From assembly GCA_964016885.1 (NCBI GenBank), contig OZ024740.1:120218001-120282000 (forward strand): a stretch of 64,000 nt of DNA, given 5' to 3'. Numbering within the stretch: the stretch's first letter is position 1; every line of letters starts with the position of its first letter. Origin of the DNA: Eledone cirrhosa (taxonomy: Eukaryota). The position numbers and the translations under genes were made by a program. Below the pieces are notes generated by a model. That model was not told the DNA's origin, ran no database searches, and saw only the letters and a list, made by a program, of their open reading frames with translations. Shown one piece after another: positions 13,191 through 27,654 of this stretch.

Positions 13191-14829
13191 AATAGCCAAA
13201 TATGTGTGGGGATTTATTAATATAACTAACTTTCTCATTATTAAGTTGATGTTTAGATCATAATATAATATATTATGATGGAAGGATTTTAAATAAATAT
13301 AAACATTTCATAATAAGCAGCTTTGCATTGAGAACCAGGGAGTGCTTTCAGGCAGTGTGGAAACAAAAGAGTTAACCATACTCCTGAGAGAGTGATATTC
13401 CATAATTAAGTTCAGAAGTTACTATTTTTTTAAGAATTTCATATCATCTAATATTCCTTTCATTTATGTATATATACCTTCTTACATAGTTCCATACGAT
13501 TATTTAAATATACATGTATTTACCTTGTCAGAGGTTTTTAGAGAATTGAATTACAGATTGTAGACAAGTAGCATATTCTGCTGTGAGACCCATCATAATA
13601 TAGATCCAAGTATGTGATCTTAGTTCCTCTTTATTAATGTTTTAGAATAACTTTTGGATAAAAGCTTTTTAACCCTGAAGGACATCGATAAATGTATTTT
13701 ATACACTCAATGTCTTTGAAAAAAAGGAAAAATTGAACTACATTCAGGATATATAGATTTCATTATTTTTGCATATCAGATACAGAAATTATTAGGAAAA
13801 GTTAAAAAGAAAAAAATAATAGAAAAATCACAAATAAGAGAGAAAATAAATGCTTAAAGAAATTAAAAATAACAGCAGCAAGTAATCTAAAATTTCTATT
13901 TAAGGAACTATATATATATATATATATATAATTTATATATACATATAGTGTGTGTGTATGCCTGTGTAGTATATATATATATATATAGTATGTATGTATA
14001 CCTGTGTAGTATATATATAATATACACATATATATATATGTATATAATATACATATATTTATGTATATATATGTGTACATACATACATGTGTGTGTATAT
14101 GTATTCAGATTTAATGAAATTTCTACATCTGTGTGTACGTGAATTCTAAGGCGTGATTAACATATACTTCAAAGAAATGGCAGAAATGTTGGATTAAATA
14201 GAAAATTGGACTTGAAAAGAAGGAAGCAGAACATAATATCGTTCTGTCTTTTACTTTAACTCACTAACAATTCCTCCCCCTCTACACAGAACACAAAAAG
14301 ATTCAGTTGCTTTATTTCTCTCTCTCTGTCTTTAGTGAACAAACTGAAGTAAATTGTGATGGATATATGTATTCACATACAGAGACACATGCATATACAT
14401 ATATATATACATACATGCACACACATATATACATACATATGCACATACACATACATATATAGCAAAGCCTCCATTGCATGTGTGTGTGTATGTATATATA
14501 TATATATCCTTTGTTTGGCAGGTTTTTTGTGGGTGGATGTCCTTTCTATCGTGAACTGCTTTACAGAATATACTGGGTGCAATTTTTTGTAGCATCAACA
14601 CTAGAGGTGTAGCCATACCCCTGATACAAAGAGTCCTCTCAATCCTATTTTGATAAGGTTTCTACAACTGAGTGACATTCTTATTGCCAACCACTAGTCA
14701 CTGTTTACCAAATTCCACGAAATTTGGAAATAGTGACAGAGAAAGCTAAATATATAAAATCAGCTTACAAAAATTAAATAATTGATAATTCAGAAGAATA
14801 AAATATTAACAGAAGAATCAAATGTGTAG

Positions 14830-15370
14830 AGATTCATCGAATTAAATTGAATGTCAGGTGTATGATGCTGTGTTAAAGACAGTTGAAAACGTCATAGGAA
14901 AGAACTAACGTCTGAATTACAAGACAATCATAGCTGATTCATTTGATGCACAAGATGTAAAAATGTCCTAGAAGATTCACTTTTTAAAGACTCATTTGGA
15001 TTTCTTTCTTATGGACTTGAGCATGGTAAAATATTTCATCAGGTGATTACTACTGTTGAAACAAGGTACCAAGAGCAAGCCAATCCTAGCATGATGGCAG
15101 AAATGTGCTGGCTTCACACATCTTGAACTCCATGCTGCTGATCGAGAAAGTGATATCAATGGTGTAACTTTTTGTAGTAAATAGTTTCTAAGTGTGTATT
15201 GCGATTTTAATAGTGATTAATTGTAGGACAATAATAAATTACATGCAAATGTAAAGAAAGAATATGTGTAAATGTAGAATATGTGGGATATCCTGTAGAC
15301 ATGAGGAGCGAAACAGATTTTATATTCATAAAGAGCACCCTAAAATTAACTATTATCACCTAAAGTAGTA
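14830..15370 (+). mobile_element. Fossil DNA transposon, Sola2-like transposase C-terminus
   Basis: At about 14960-15115 it translates (with a stop and a frameshift) as KMS*KIHFLKTHLDFF / EHGKIFHQVITTVETRYQ...MMAEMCW. Confidence 0.65.
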
Positions 15371-16140
15371 TTTGCTAATGAAATAGGCAGTGTTATTTTT
15401 ATGAAATACAAATAATTTCTGGAATTTTAAAGAGCTATTATCAATGTCAGTATCTAACAAAAATTCATATTCACTTAGAAAGAAATATTTATATGTTAAT
15501 TAACGCTTTTGTTACCAATCTAACTGAAACAGGCTTTGGTTCTGTGAAACAAATCCACCCATTAGAAGGGTTCATATTTAAATAAAAATCTTTTAATGTA
15601 ATTTCATTTTGAGAATCATATGTTAAGTTAATATCTTAGTAATGAAATAATAGTTTTAGTTTAGATGAATTAATTGAAATAAATTGTATTTTGTTAGAAA
15701 CATGGTAATGAAAGGGTTAAGAATTTTTTCAAGTTACAGTAACATTCATGAGAATCTATCATGGAATGCTTATCATAATAAACAGATAAAAACATATTTA
15801 ATGATTCTCTTAATTTTATATATAGTTATTCTTTCTTCTTAACATATTAAACAAATATTCATTCAACTCTATTGATTCCTCTAGTGTTTATAAATAATCA
15901 CTATGCATTATTCCAAAGTTCTGCATATACAATTCATACATAAAATTACCACTTTACTAAATGTAGATTTATAGACAGGTGTATGAAGGCAAGCAAATAC
16001 ATTTACATAGTAAATGCATAAATGTATATTCTAGTAGATGTAGGTAATTACATTCCAGTTTATAAAGCTCTTTTCATCATTTTATTATTCAATCCTCATC
16101 AGACAATGGGGTGCTATTTAATCTAATTCTCTCATCTCCT

Positions 16141-16350
<210 letters not shown>

Positions 16351-16440
16351 CACCCTCATCATCATTAAATGTTCATTTCTCTTGATATATATACACATAT
16401 ACACACACGCACATTCTCACACACATGCACACACACACAC

Positions 16441-16493
<53 letters not shown>

Positions 16494-16565
16494 TACATGT
16501 GTGTTGTCTTTTTATATGTGTATATATGTGTATATGTATATACATATATACACACATGTATGTAT

Positions 16566-16826
16566 CAGTGGCGAAGGGTAATCTGAGAGCAGGGCATGCA
16601 GTCCAATTGCCATGCCGGAAAGTAGAGCTGTGCAGCTTTAACCCTCCCTCCCCAATTCTCTCTAAATGACCCTCTCGGTCAAAGCCGCATGTAGTGTTAT
16701 CTAGTGCGTGTGTGTTATCTTTTTATGTGTCTACGGTTTAGCAAGCAGCCAAAATTCTGCTTGCTTCAACCGACACAATTGATGAACTCAAGATTCTATA
16801 ACGCATGCACGCACCCTTCGCCCCTG
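16566..16826. mobile_element. hAT-like MITE
   Basis: 14-bp TIRs cagtggcgaagggt / acccttcgcccctg (1 mismatch), with 8-bp flanks gtatgtat / gtatatat. Confidence 0.7.
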
Positions 16827-16840
16827 GTATATATGTATTT

Positions 16841-16888
<48 letters not shown>

Positions 16889-16920
16889 ATGTATATATAC
16901 ACATATATGTATGTATGTAG

Positions 16921-16969
<49 letters not shown>

Positions 16970-16979
16970 CACATATACA

Positions 16980-17430
16980 GCTTGAGATCGGTGTGGAAGT
17001 CGGACCTCCGTAATGACCTGAAAATCCGCCTCTTCATTGCTGTAGTGGAATCTGTGCTGCTGTACGGGTCTGAGACTTGGATACTGACCAAGAAACTGAC
17101 TCAGATGGTGGATGGGTGCTACACGAGAATGCTGAGGATGGCTCTGAACATTAATCAGTATTCACTGAGGATGAACAACTCAGAGCTGTATGGGAGCCTC
17201 CCGAAAGTCAGCTCAAAAGTGACACAGAGGAGACTGAGGTTAGCTGAACATGCTTACCGACATCCAGAGTTGACATTGCACTCAGTGCTCCTGTGGGAGT
17301 GCCTACATGGACACACTGGAAGAGGAAGACCAAGGTTAATGTATGTTGATGCCCTAAGGACAGACATTGGTCTGTTGGAGTCGCAGGACATGGCAGCAAT
17401 AATGAGGGACAGAGACTGCTGGAGAGAACC
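16980..17430 (+). mobile_element. RTE-type LINE 3' fragment
   Basis: [12 protein letters not shown]...CYTRMLR...RRLRLAEH...GRGRPR; near-identical inverted copy at 21765-22255. Confidence 0.85.
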
Positions 17431-17558
17431 CATATGATGGCTGCCCCCTCGTTATCGAGTATGGCCATTGCACGAGGAGAAAAAAAAAATATAAAAATAA
17501 AAAAAAAAAATAAAAAATTAATAAATATAAAAAAAATAAAATAAAAATAAAAAAAGAA

Positions 17559-17589
<31 letters not shown>

Positions 17590-18580
17590 CATACACATAC
17601 ATATACATACATACACACACACATATATATACACACATATATACATTAATAACAATAATAATAACAACAACAATAATAACGACAACAACAATAATAATAT
17701 ACATATACATATATATATACACATACACGCACATACATAAACATATCTATACACACACACACACACACACACATGATAGCAACTAACAGCGCTGCGATCG
17801 AATGTGGCTTTTTAGCCCAGCCAATGATCTAAAATGTCTTGCACAGAGTCGGCAACCAAAACATTCACTGGGAATAGTCGGCTGTGGTTGGAGTTTGTGT
17901 ACTTTTGCATGTCGCTTGAGCCCTCCTGCTGATTTACATTCTCTACCACATGTTTGGCAAGCATGATGAGTAGCATCTCCAACAGCAGCCTGGTAGTCAA
18001 CCACTGGTCTTACTTTATGACTGCGAAGATGACTTTCGAGTCCAGCTTTGCTTAGGCAAAGTCTCGCACAGACGCTGCATGTCAGCACCATAGGAGGACC
18101 CTCGCCGTCTGGAAGTGCAACAGCAATGCCCTTCCTCACATCCCGCTTTACTTTCCCGTGTGCGATTTGAGATGCCTCAAAGGCAACTTTTCCCTCATAT
18201 ACAGTCTTTCTCCATTTATTACGATCAGCAGCAACATTTTCCCATGTATCAGCAGAGATGTTAGCGTTTTTCAGAGAGGCTTTCAAGGAATCCTTATACC
18301 TCTTTTTTGGTTTATGTGGCGGTCGTTTTCCTTTAACCAACTCTCCATAAAAGAGTTGTTTTGGTATTCTAGAATCCTTCATCCTGGCAAGGTGACCACT
18401 CCAATGGAGTCGTTGCTTAAGCACAAGAGCTTCTATACTGTCACACATAGAGCTTTCCAAAATCTCGACATCACTGATGTGGTCCCTCCAGTGAACGCCA
18501 TGGATCCGTCTGAGACACATCTGATGGAAACGCTCCAATTGCTTAAGGTGGTGTTGATATGTGACCCAAGTCTCGCAGGC
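17431..18580 (-). mobile_element. 5'-truncated RTE LINE with three C-terminal C2H2 fingers and a microsatellite-laden 3' UTR
   Basis: ORF at 17783-18580 is nearly identical to 51953-52748. The terminal stem-loop ctcg-ataa-cgag at about 17447 is homologous to the terminus at 27661-27695. Confidence 0.9.
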
Positions 18581-18619
18581 ATATACATACATATATACAC
18601 ACATGTACGTATGTATATG

Positions 18620-19690
18620 TATTGATGTCATCAATCTTGATTTCAGCAAGGCATTTGACAGGCTTGATCATAAGGTTCATAAGATCCTACTGAGAAAACT
18701 ATTCAATATTGGTGTCTCTGGAAAGTTACTACAGTGGATCAAATGTTTCCCCGACAGGCAGAACCCAGCATGTTGTAGTCGAAGGAGTAAAATCAAGCCC
18801 TGCCAAAGTCAGCAGTGGCGTCCCACAAGGCACTGTCTTGAGCCCACTTCTTTTCATCATCTACATTATTGACATTACTGACATCATCAAGCACAGCAAC
18901 GTAAGAATGTTCGCAGATGATTCCAAGCTCCAAAGGGTGATCAATGAGGTGGATGACCGGACTTGCCTTTAGTCACACCTACTGGCTGTTATCTAATGGG
19001 CAGAAAAGAACAATACGCTATTGGATGAGGATAAGTTTGAGTTAATCCACTTTGGAAAAAAGGATGCCCTGAAATTACCATACTCTCTTCCTTCAGGTGA
19101 AACTCTCGTGGCATCCAACAACATCAGAGACCTGGGAGTACTTGTGGACAACAGCATAAGCTGGGCCACTCATATAAACAGCAAAGTTGACATGGCCCAC
19201 AAAATATGTTCCTGAACTCTCAGAACCTTCCAGTCAAGAGATATCCACACTGTTATCCTTCTCTTCTCCACTTTTGCCCGATGCCACCTTGAATACTGTT
19301 GTCCACTATGGTCTCCCCACATGAAACAAAGTATCATGAAAGTTGAAGCACCCCAAAGATCAATTAAAAAAAAAGATAGATGACATGACAGGCCTTGACT
19401 ATTGGAGTTGATTAGAAAAGCCCACCCTTTATTCTCTCCAATTTCGCTGTGAGCGCTACATTACATGCATGATGTGGAAAATATTCTATCAGCTTTGCCT
19501 AAATGATGTTGGCACCACATTTATTGTACACCCAAGGCTTGGGCCCAATGTATTCTGCCCACGACAAAAATCTCACTTGCAGCTCATAAAAACAATACGG
19601 CACAATTATTTCAACTCAATTGGTCCCGCTCTCTTTAACATTACACTAAAAAATTTAAAACAGAAACAGACCCCATCAAGTGTTGAAAGT
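18620..19690 (+). mobile_element. CR1/L2-group LINE RT fragment (degenerate)
   Basis: DFSKAFD, SSGVPQGTVLSPLLF, FADD and RDLGV motifs, with stops and frameshifts. Confidence 0.85.
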
Positions 19691-19829
19691 GTTGAAGTGC
19701 AAAAGCTCAGCAGGTGTGGTGAATCAGTTAAGTTTCATTCTAAGTTTCCATGCTTCAGTGGCTTGTGCCAACCAAGGACCTTCTAGGGTATGCTGGCAGG
19801 CAGTGGGTAGGGCTTAGGTGTTGCACCAC

Positions 19830-20880
19830 CTCTCTGTTTCTTTGGGCTTGGTGTAAAGGGAGGTATGTGGTTTGCCATCCTCTTTGGACCACTTCTTTCC
19901 ACTTGCATGGGAAACTGAGTACACAGTAGTATAGAATACCACCAGTTTTCTTGATTCTGTGTCATCCCCTTTGTGAGATCCAGCTGCATGAGATTGGCAT
20001 TCACCAACACATCCACATTTTCCTAGACCATCCCTTTTCAAGTGTTTGTCTTTGAGCACTCTGTATTTCTTTATATTGCTATCATTCTTCATACACATCA
20101 TATGCACATATCATCACTGTCTCCTTTCCTACATGCTGCAACCAATATCTCTTATGCCTCTAGGCTTATTCTTACTTCATCTCTAATTAATACTAAAATT
20201 GTCATTATATTCATTGTTAACTCTAACCTTACTGACTGCACCTCTGTACATAGCTTGCACCATCCTCATAAGCCATTCCTCTATCTCTAGTTTCCTAACA
20301 GCCTATGAGATTAAATAGTGAGGCACTAAGTTAAAAAATTGTTTTCAGGTCAACAAATGCTAAATTTGGTCAGGTCAACAAATGCTAAGGCTTACATTTA
20401 TGTAGGTACTACTTCTGTAGCTGTCTTACCAGAAAAATGTCATCTGTGGTAGCTGTTTGAGGTATAAAGCCAAGCTACATCTTGAATATGTCAATTCTAT
20501 CCTGAATTAGCTGTGCAATAATTCTTTCAGCAACTTTTATGACCTGGTCCATCAACTTGATGTCTCTGTAGTTTCCTCTGACCAGTGCATCTCCTTTGCC
20601 CTTGTAAAAGTTGGTGATGTTGTTGCTACACCAGTCATTAGATCCTGTTTTACTTGATTTACTATGTGCATAGTAAGTGAATACCCCACCCAACCAGATG
20701 CTTTCAGCATCTCAGCTACTATCCCTGATGGACCACCTAACTGTTGAGTCGGCTTCAGGCAGACTATCTTCCTCCCATACATTCTCCTTATTTAACAGTC
20801 TTTCAAATAGCACTTCCATGTTTCTTTTTTCTTGGTGTCAGTCTGGAAAAGTTCGCCCCTGTCAGTTCATACACATTTCT
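19830..20880 (-). mobile_element. Degenerate RTE LINE fragments
   Basis: GPSGIVAEMLKA and YKGKGDAL..NYRDIKL; same family as 22765-24806. Confidence 0.75.
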
Positions 20881-21764
20881 CCGCAATGACGTCTATGTAT
20901 ATATATGTATATTATCATCATCATCATTTTATATCTGCATAAACAGTATTCCTACTTGTTTTAAAAGTGGAATAAAAGGAAGGTGGGCAGCCAGCTGTAA
21001 AACAATGTCTCTAAACATCCTGTCCAAAGCATGCCAGCATGGAAAAGCAGGCTTAAAATCAATTATGATGATGATAATGATTGCTTTTCTGGCATGAGTT
21101 GGATGAGTTCTTCCATTATTTTCTTAATGCGTGTGCTTATCTCATGGTTTGTATTCCAATATTCTATCCTCAGACACAATGTCTCTTACATACATATCAT
21201 AAGATTCTTTTATTGTTAAATATTTCATATGATGTTTATTACACACATCAATACATGTCTTTCATATTAATCACATATTCAAAACTGTCTTTCGATAGCT
21301 ATGAAATGATAAAAAATGTGTGTGCATGCACACACTTATATATACTCATATACAGACACACAGATATAGATAAATATATACATATATATATATATACCTA
21401 CACACAAACACGTATGTAGATACACATATGTATAAATATATTTTAAAGTGAAATTACAGGAGGCCAAAAATGTTGAATTTCTTTACTCTTTTAATCTTTT
21501 ATCTGTTCCAGCCATCCGACAGAGGCCATGCTGGGCCACCGCCCTTTAATTATTTATTTCTGCAAAGACTACACACATTTTAGTGGGCAGGTTGCTTAAG
21601 AATGTGTACACATACATATATATACATACACATATGTATATATATATATATGCACATACAAATATATGTGTGTGTGTGCATGTGAGAACGTGCATGTGTG
21701 TGTGTATATATCAAGAGAAATGAACATTTAATGATGATGAGGGTGGTGATATATATAAAATTCC

Positions 21765-22252
21765 CGAGATCCATGGACGAGTTCTCTCCAGCAGTCTCTG
21801 TTCCTCATTATTGCTGCCATGTCCTGCGTCTCCAACAGACCAGTGTCTGTCCTTAGGGCATCAACATGCATTAACCTTGGTCTTCCTCTTCCAGTGAGTC
21901 CATGTAGGGGCTCCCACAAGAGCACTGAGTGCAATGTCAACTCTGGATGTCGGTGAGCATGTCCAGCTCATCGGTGAGCATGTCACTTTTGAGAGGCTCC
22001 CATACAGCTCTGAGTTTTTCATCCTCAGTGTATACTGATTAATGTTCAGAGCCATCCTCAGCATTCTCGTGTAGCACCCATCCACCATCTGAGTGAGTTT
22101 CGTGGTCAGTATCCTAGTCTCAGACCCGTACAGCAGCGCAGACTCCACTACAGCAATGAAGAGGCTGATTTTCAGGTCTTTACAAAGGTCCGATTTCCAC
22201 ACCGATCTCAAGCTGTGGCTTTGCTCTTCCTCTCAACCATGTGCCTCCATTC

Positions 22253-22255
<3 letters not shown>
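21765..22255 (-). mobile_element. RTE-type LINE 3' fragment
   Basis: RSVWKSDL...LLYGSET; homologous to 16980-17430. Confidence 0.85.
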
Positions 22256-22296
<41 letters not shown>

Positions 22297-22299
<3 letters not shown>

Positions 22300-22471
22300 G
22301 TACATACATACTTATATTTAAGTAACAGCCGTACTAAGAGTGAGAAATGAAATTTTGTTTCATTTTTTCGTTTATATATATATATATATATATATAAACG
22401 GAAAAAATGAAACGAAATTTTATTTGCCACTCTTAGTACGGCTGTTACTTAAATATAAGTATATATACGTA
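22297..22471. repeat. Foldback: about 76-bp inverted arms around a (TA)n spacer
   Basis: Arms at 22297-22373 and 22396-22471 are reverse complements with few mismatches. Confidence 0.9.
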
Positions 22472-22662
22472 CATACATATATGTATACAGACGTACAGTA
22501 GCATGTATATATATATACATACATGCACACATATATATATATGTACGTATGGATTCCCCGAACATTTATTATAATGGTCGGTGTGTTTGTAAACAAACAT
22601 CCCATATTAAGCCGTAGTGTCTAGCAAGCATCGTTGCTCGTTTGTTCAACACTGACAAAGGA

Positions 22663-22705
22663 ACGCTGTACTAGTTTCAAGCTTATTAGCTATCGTCAGC
22701 AATGT
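22663..22705 (-). ncRNA. Minimal type-I hammerhead ribozyme motif
   Basis: acattg-CUGACGA-tagct aata agctt-GAAA-cta-GUA-cagcgt, with palindromic stem III actagt. Confidence 0.65.
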
Positions 22706-22764
22706 ATACCTTCTTGCCAGATGATTGAAAGTGTGAAAGTATATAATTTCCTTATGCATATTAA

Positions 22765-24806
22765 CGGCTGAGCAGGGACCAGCAGTGCATATTGAAGGTA
22801 GTATAATAAGTAAGGCGATCAAAGACATGAAGACGGGCAAGGCGGCTGGGCCTTCGGAAATAGTTGCTGAAATGCTGAAAGCATCTGGAACAGTGGGACA
22901 CACTATGGTCACCCGGATAGTAAACCAAGTCATACAGAATGGGGTCGTTCCGAAGGACTGGCGCAGCAGTATCATCATTAACTGCTACAAGGGTAAAGGA
23001 GATGCCCTAGATAGGGTAAACTATAGAGGCATTAAATTAATTGACCAGGTCATGAAGGTCACAGAAAAAGTAATAGCGCAACTAATCAGAGAGCGAATTG
23101 ATCTAGACGAAATGCAGTTTGGGTTTGTGTCAGGTAAAAGTACAACAGATGCTCTTTTCATTGTATGGCAACTACAGAAGTACCTAGCTAAAAGTAAATC
23201 CCTATACTTAGCTTTTGTTGACTTGGAGAAAGCCTTTGACAGAGTACCCCGCTCGATTATCTGGTGGGCCCTTAGAAAACTAGGTGTTGATGAATGGCTT
23301 GTGAGAGCAATACAAGCCATGTATAAAAAAACAGTTAGCAAGGTTAGAATTAACAACGAATATAGTGAAGAGTTTAGCGTAAAAGTTGGTGTTCATCAAG
23401 GCTCCGTCCATAGCCCCCTACTATTTATTATTGCCCTTTAGGCTATAACAGAGGATTTCAAGACCGGCTGCCGATGGGAACTTCTATACGCAGATGATCT
23501 AACGCTCATAGCTGAATTAATGGCTGAACTAGAGAAGAAATTCCAAACATGGAAGCATGGCCTAGAATCAAAAGGCCTTAAAATTAACCTGTCTAAGACT
23601 AAAGTTCTAGTTTGTAGGAAAGGAAATAGGGCACTGGTCCCATCTGGGAAATGGCCATGCTCAGTGTGTACGAAAGGAGTAGGTAGAAACTCCATTTTAT
23701 GTCCCAAATGCAAAGTATGGGTGCAGAAAAGATGTAGTGGGATCACAGGTAAGCTAACTAAGAATATAGATTTTAAATGTGGCCGGTGCTCAGGTGCAAT
23801 AAGTGGTAGCAAGTGCCAACAGAATACTAGCTCATTCCATTGCACAGATGGTTCTATAGAAATAGTGGAGACCTTCTGTTACCTGGGTGACCAAATCAGC
23901 AGTGGTGGAGGGTGCTCTTAAATTACAGTAGCTAGAGTCAGAACGGGATGGAAAAAGTTCAGAGAGATTATACCACTATTGGCGGCTAAAGGGTTCTCTC
24001 TAAAATGAAAGGCAGGCTGTATGATGCCTGCATATGAACAGCAATGTTACATGGCAGTGAGACTTGGGCAGTGTGTGGAGAGGATATACGCAGACTGGAT
24101 GTGCAGATGATATACGCTCTATTGGATGTATAATAGTAATATACATGAATGGCAAAGCATAAATGAACTAAGGGAGAAATTAGGAATAAGAGAAATCAGA
24201 TGTTGTTTAATCGAGAGAAGACTACGTTGGTATGGTCACGTGATGCGCATGAAAGACGACAGCTGTATAAAAAAGTGCAGGGTGATAAAAATAGACAGTA
24301 GGCAGACCCAGAAAAATCTGGGACAACTTGATAAAATCTGACCTCACACACTTACACCTCTCCAAGACAATGTCACTGGACCGAGATCTTTGGCACTACA
24401 CAGTAATACCGAAGATCCGCCTTGCCTAAGTAAAAAGCGAAACCTACAGTCAGTAGGCACCTCTAACAAAAATACACCCCCATCCCACCATATCCACCCC
24501 ATCCACACCACCCCTTTCGATATAAAGTTATGTTGCTACCACAACATCCAGTCCGAAATAAATGAGGTCGTGTAGGGGTCACGACAAAAAAACACACAGT
24601 CCACGCTGTAATGTGGCCGTGTAGGTAACACAGTAAAAACCTCCCAGTCCACACTGTAAACGGGGTTGGTGTTAGGAAGGGCATCTAGCTGTAGAAAACC
24701 CGCCAGATAGTCCTATACAAGCAAGACAACCAATCTTGCCTCAAGTGGGAAAACTCCCGTCCAAACCCATGCAAGTGTGGAAGATGGACATTAAACGATG
24801 ATGATG
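22765..24806 (+). mobile_element. RTE LINE 3' half (RT with PHD-like insert) and 3' UTR with (GAT)n tail
   Basis: VDLEKAFD, GVHQGS, YADD, FCYLG and HGSETW motifs; several stops. Confidence 0.9.
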
Positions 24807-26025
<1,219 letters not shown>

Positions 26026-26029
26026 TATA

Positions 26030-27066
26030 GTATACTAGGGAGAGGATCAGGGGTGTATAATACTCCACTTATCCAACAGGCAGTATAAGGTTAGCTCGAT
26101 GTCTGAGGACAGAGCCGTGATATAATCAATAACAAAGAACGCCTATAGCATATGCATATCTTTACTTGCTAACATTGTTTCATCCGCACTATAAGTGGGA
26201 CTCATCAGAGCATAAAGGTTAATTACATACCACACAAGCAATAACAAATCCAAGACATTGAAGAAATAAAGAATGAAAAATAATAAAAGATAAAAGATAT
26301 TGAGGAAGTAAAAATAAAAATAAAAATAAAAATAAACATTGAAAAATAAACAATGAAAAATAATTGAAAAATAAGGGGTGCTATCAGTCACAGTTGGGCG
26401 GGGTGCTGTCAACATATAGTTACATACAAGCATACACATGGATAAGAGAACAGACAAGAATAGATAAGATAGATAGGATTAGGTAAGAGTAGATAAAAAA
26501 TAGGTGAAAAATAGGTACAAAAAATAGACTTATAATATATATAAGAAAATATAAAAAAAAAACATACATATAAAATATACAGATAATAGTGATACAGGGT
26601 AAGGAATGAAATAAAATAGAACAAAATAATATAAAATTAAAATTAAAATTATATAAAATAGAATATAATATAATATAATAATAAAATAAGATAAAATAAA
26701 ATAAAATAAAATAAAATAAAATAAAATAAAATAAACTAAAATAAAATAATATAATATAAGATATAATTAAATAAATAAAATTAAATAAATAAAATTAAAT
26801 AAAATGAAATGAAATAAAATAAAATAAAATAAAATAAAGTAAATTGAGATAAGATATATATTTTTTTAGAATATATTTCTTGAATATATCAGGGGCCCAC
26901 GAAGGCACTAAGTGTCACAGTTATCAGTATCACTTGACCATTGCAATGCAATGGAGACGTCCCAGGTTGGGCAGTCTCAAAAGTTCACTCGAAAGTCACA
27001 GGATGAAACAATGTTAGCAAGTAAAGATATGCATATGCTATAGGCGTTCTTTGTTATTGATTATAT
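26030..27066 (-). mobile_element. PLE-derived pLTR remnant with hammerhead and 66-bp inverted partial copy
   Basis: 26120-26185 is the reverse complement of 27001-27066. Internal (AAAAT)n tract; embedded in TA arrays. Confidence 0.65.
26160..26217 (-). ncRNA. Canonical type-I hammerhead ribozyme motif
   Basis: ctttatgct-CUGAUGA-gtcc cact tat agtg c ggat-GAAA-caat-GUU-agc aa gtaaag. Confidence 0.8.
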
Positions 27067-27654
27067 ATACATATATACATATATATATACATATATACAT
27101 ATATAGATACATATATATATAGATACATATATATATAAATATACATATATATATAGCGGCGATGAATTAGTTTTGCGAGGTTTTTTATATGAAATCGTGT
27201 GTCGAAACAGATATTGTTATATTTGGGGAGGGTCATATTTGCGTAATATTGCCAGAATTAATAACAGAACATATATATATAAATATACCAGAACATATAT
27301 ATATAAATATATATATATATACATATATATATAAATATACCAGAACATATATATATAAATATATATATATATACATATATATATAAATATAACAGAACAT
27401 ATATATATAAATATACATATATACATATACATATATATATACACATATATATATACATATATATATACATATATATATACATATATATATATACATATAT
27501 ATACACATATATATATACACATATATATATACATATATATATACACATATATATACATATATATATACATATATACATACATATATATATACATATATAC
27601 ATACATACATATATATATATATACATATATATACATATATATATACATATATAC

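Noticed and set aside
13675-13735. CTGAAGG...GAAA with a hairpin
   Set aside because: A9 is missing and there is no cleavage triplet or stem I pairing.
17783-18649. 288-aa C2H2 protein as a host zinc-finger gene
   Set aside because: It is the C-terminus of the RTE ORF, and its start comes from adjacent microsatellite and CR1 sequence.
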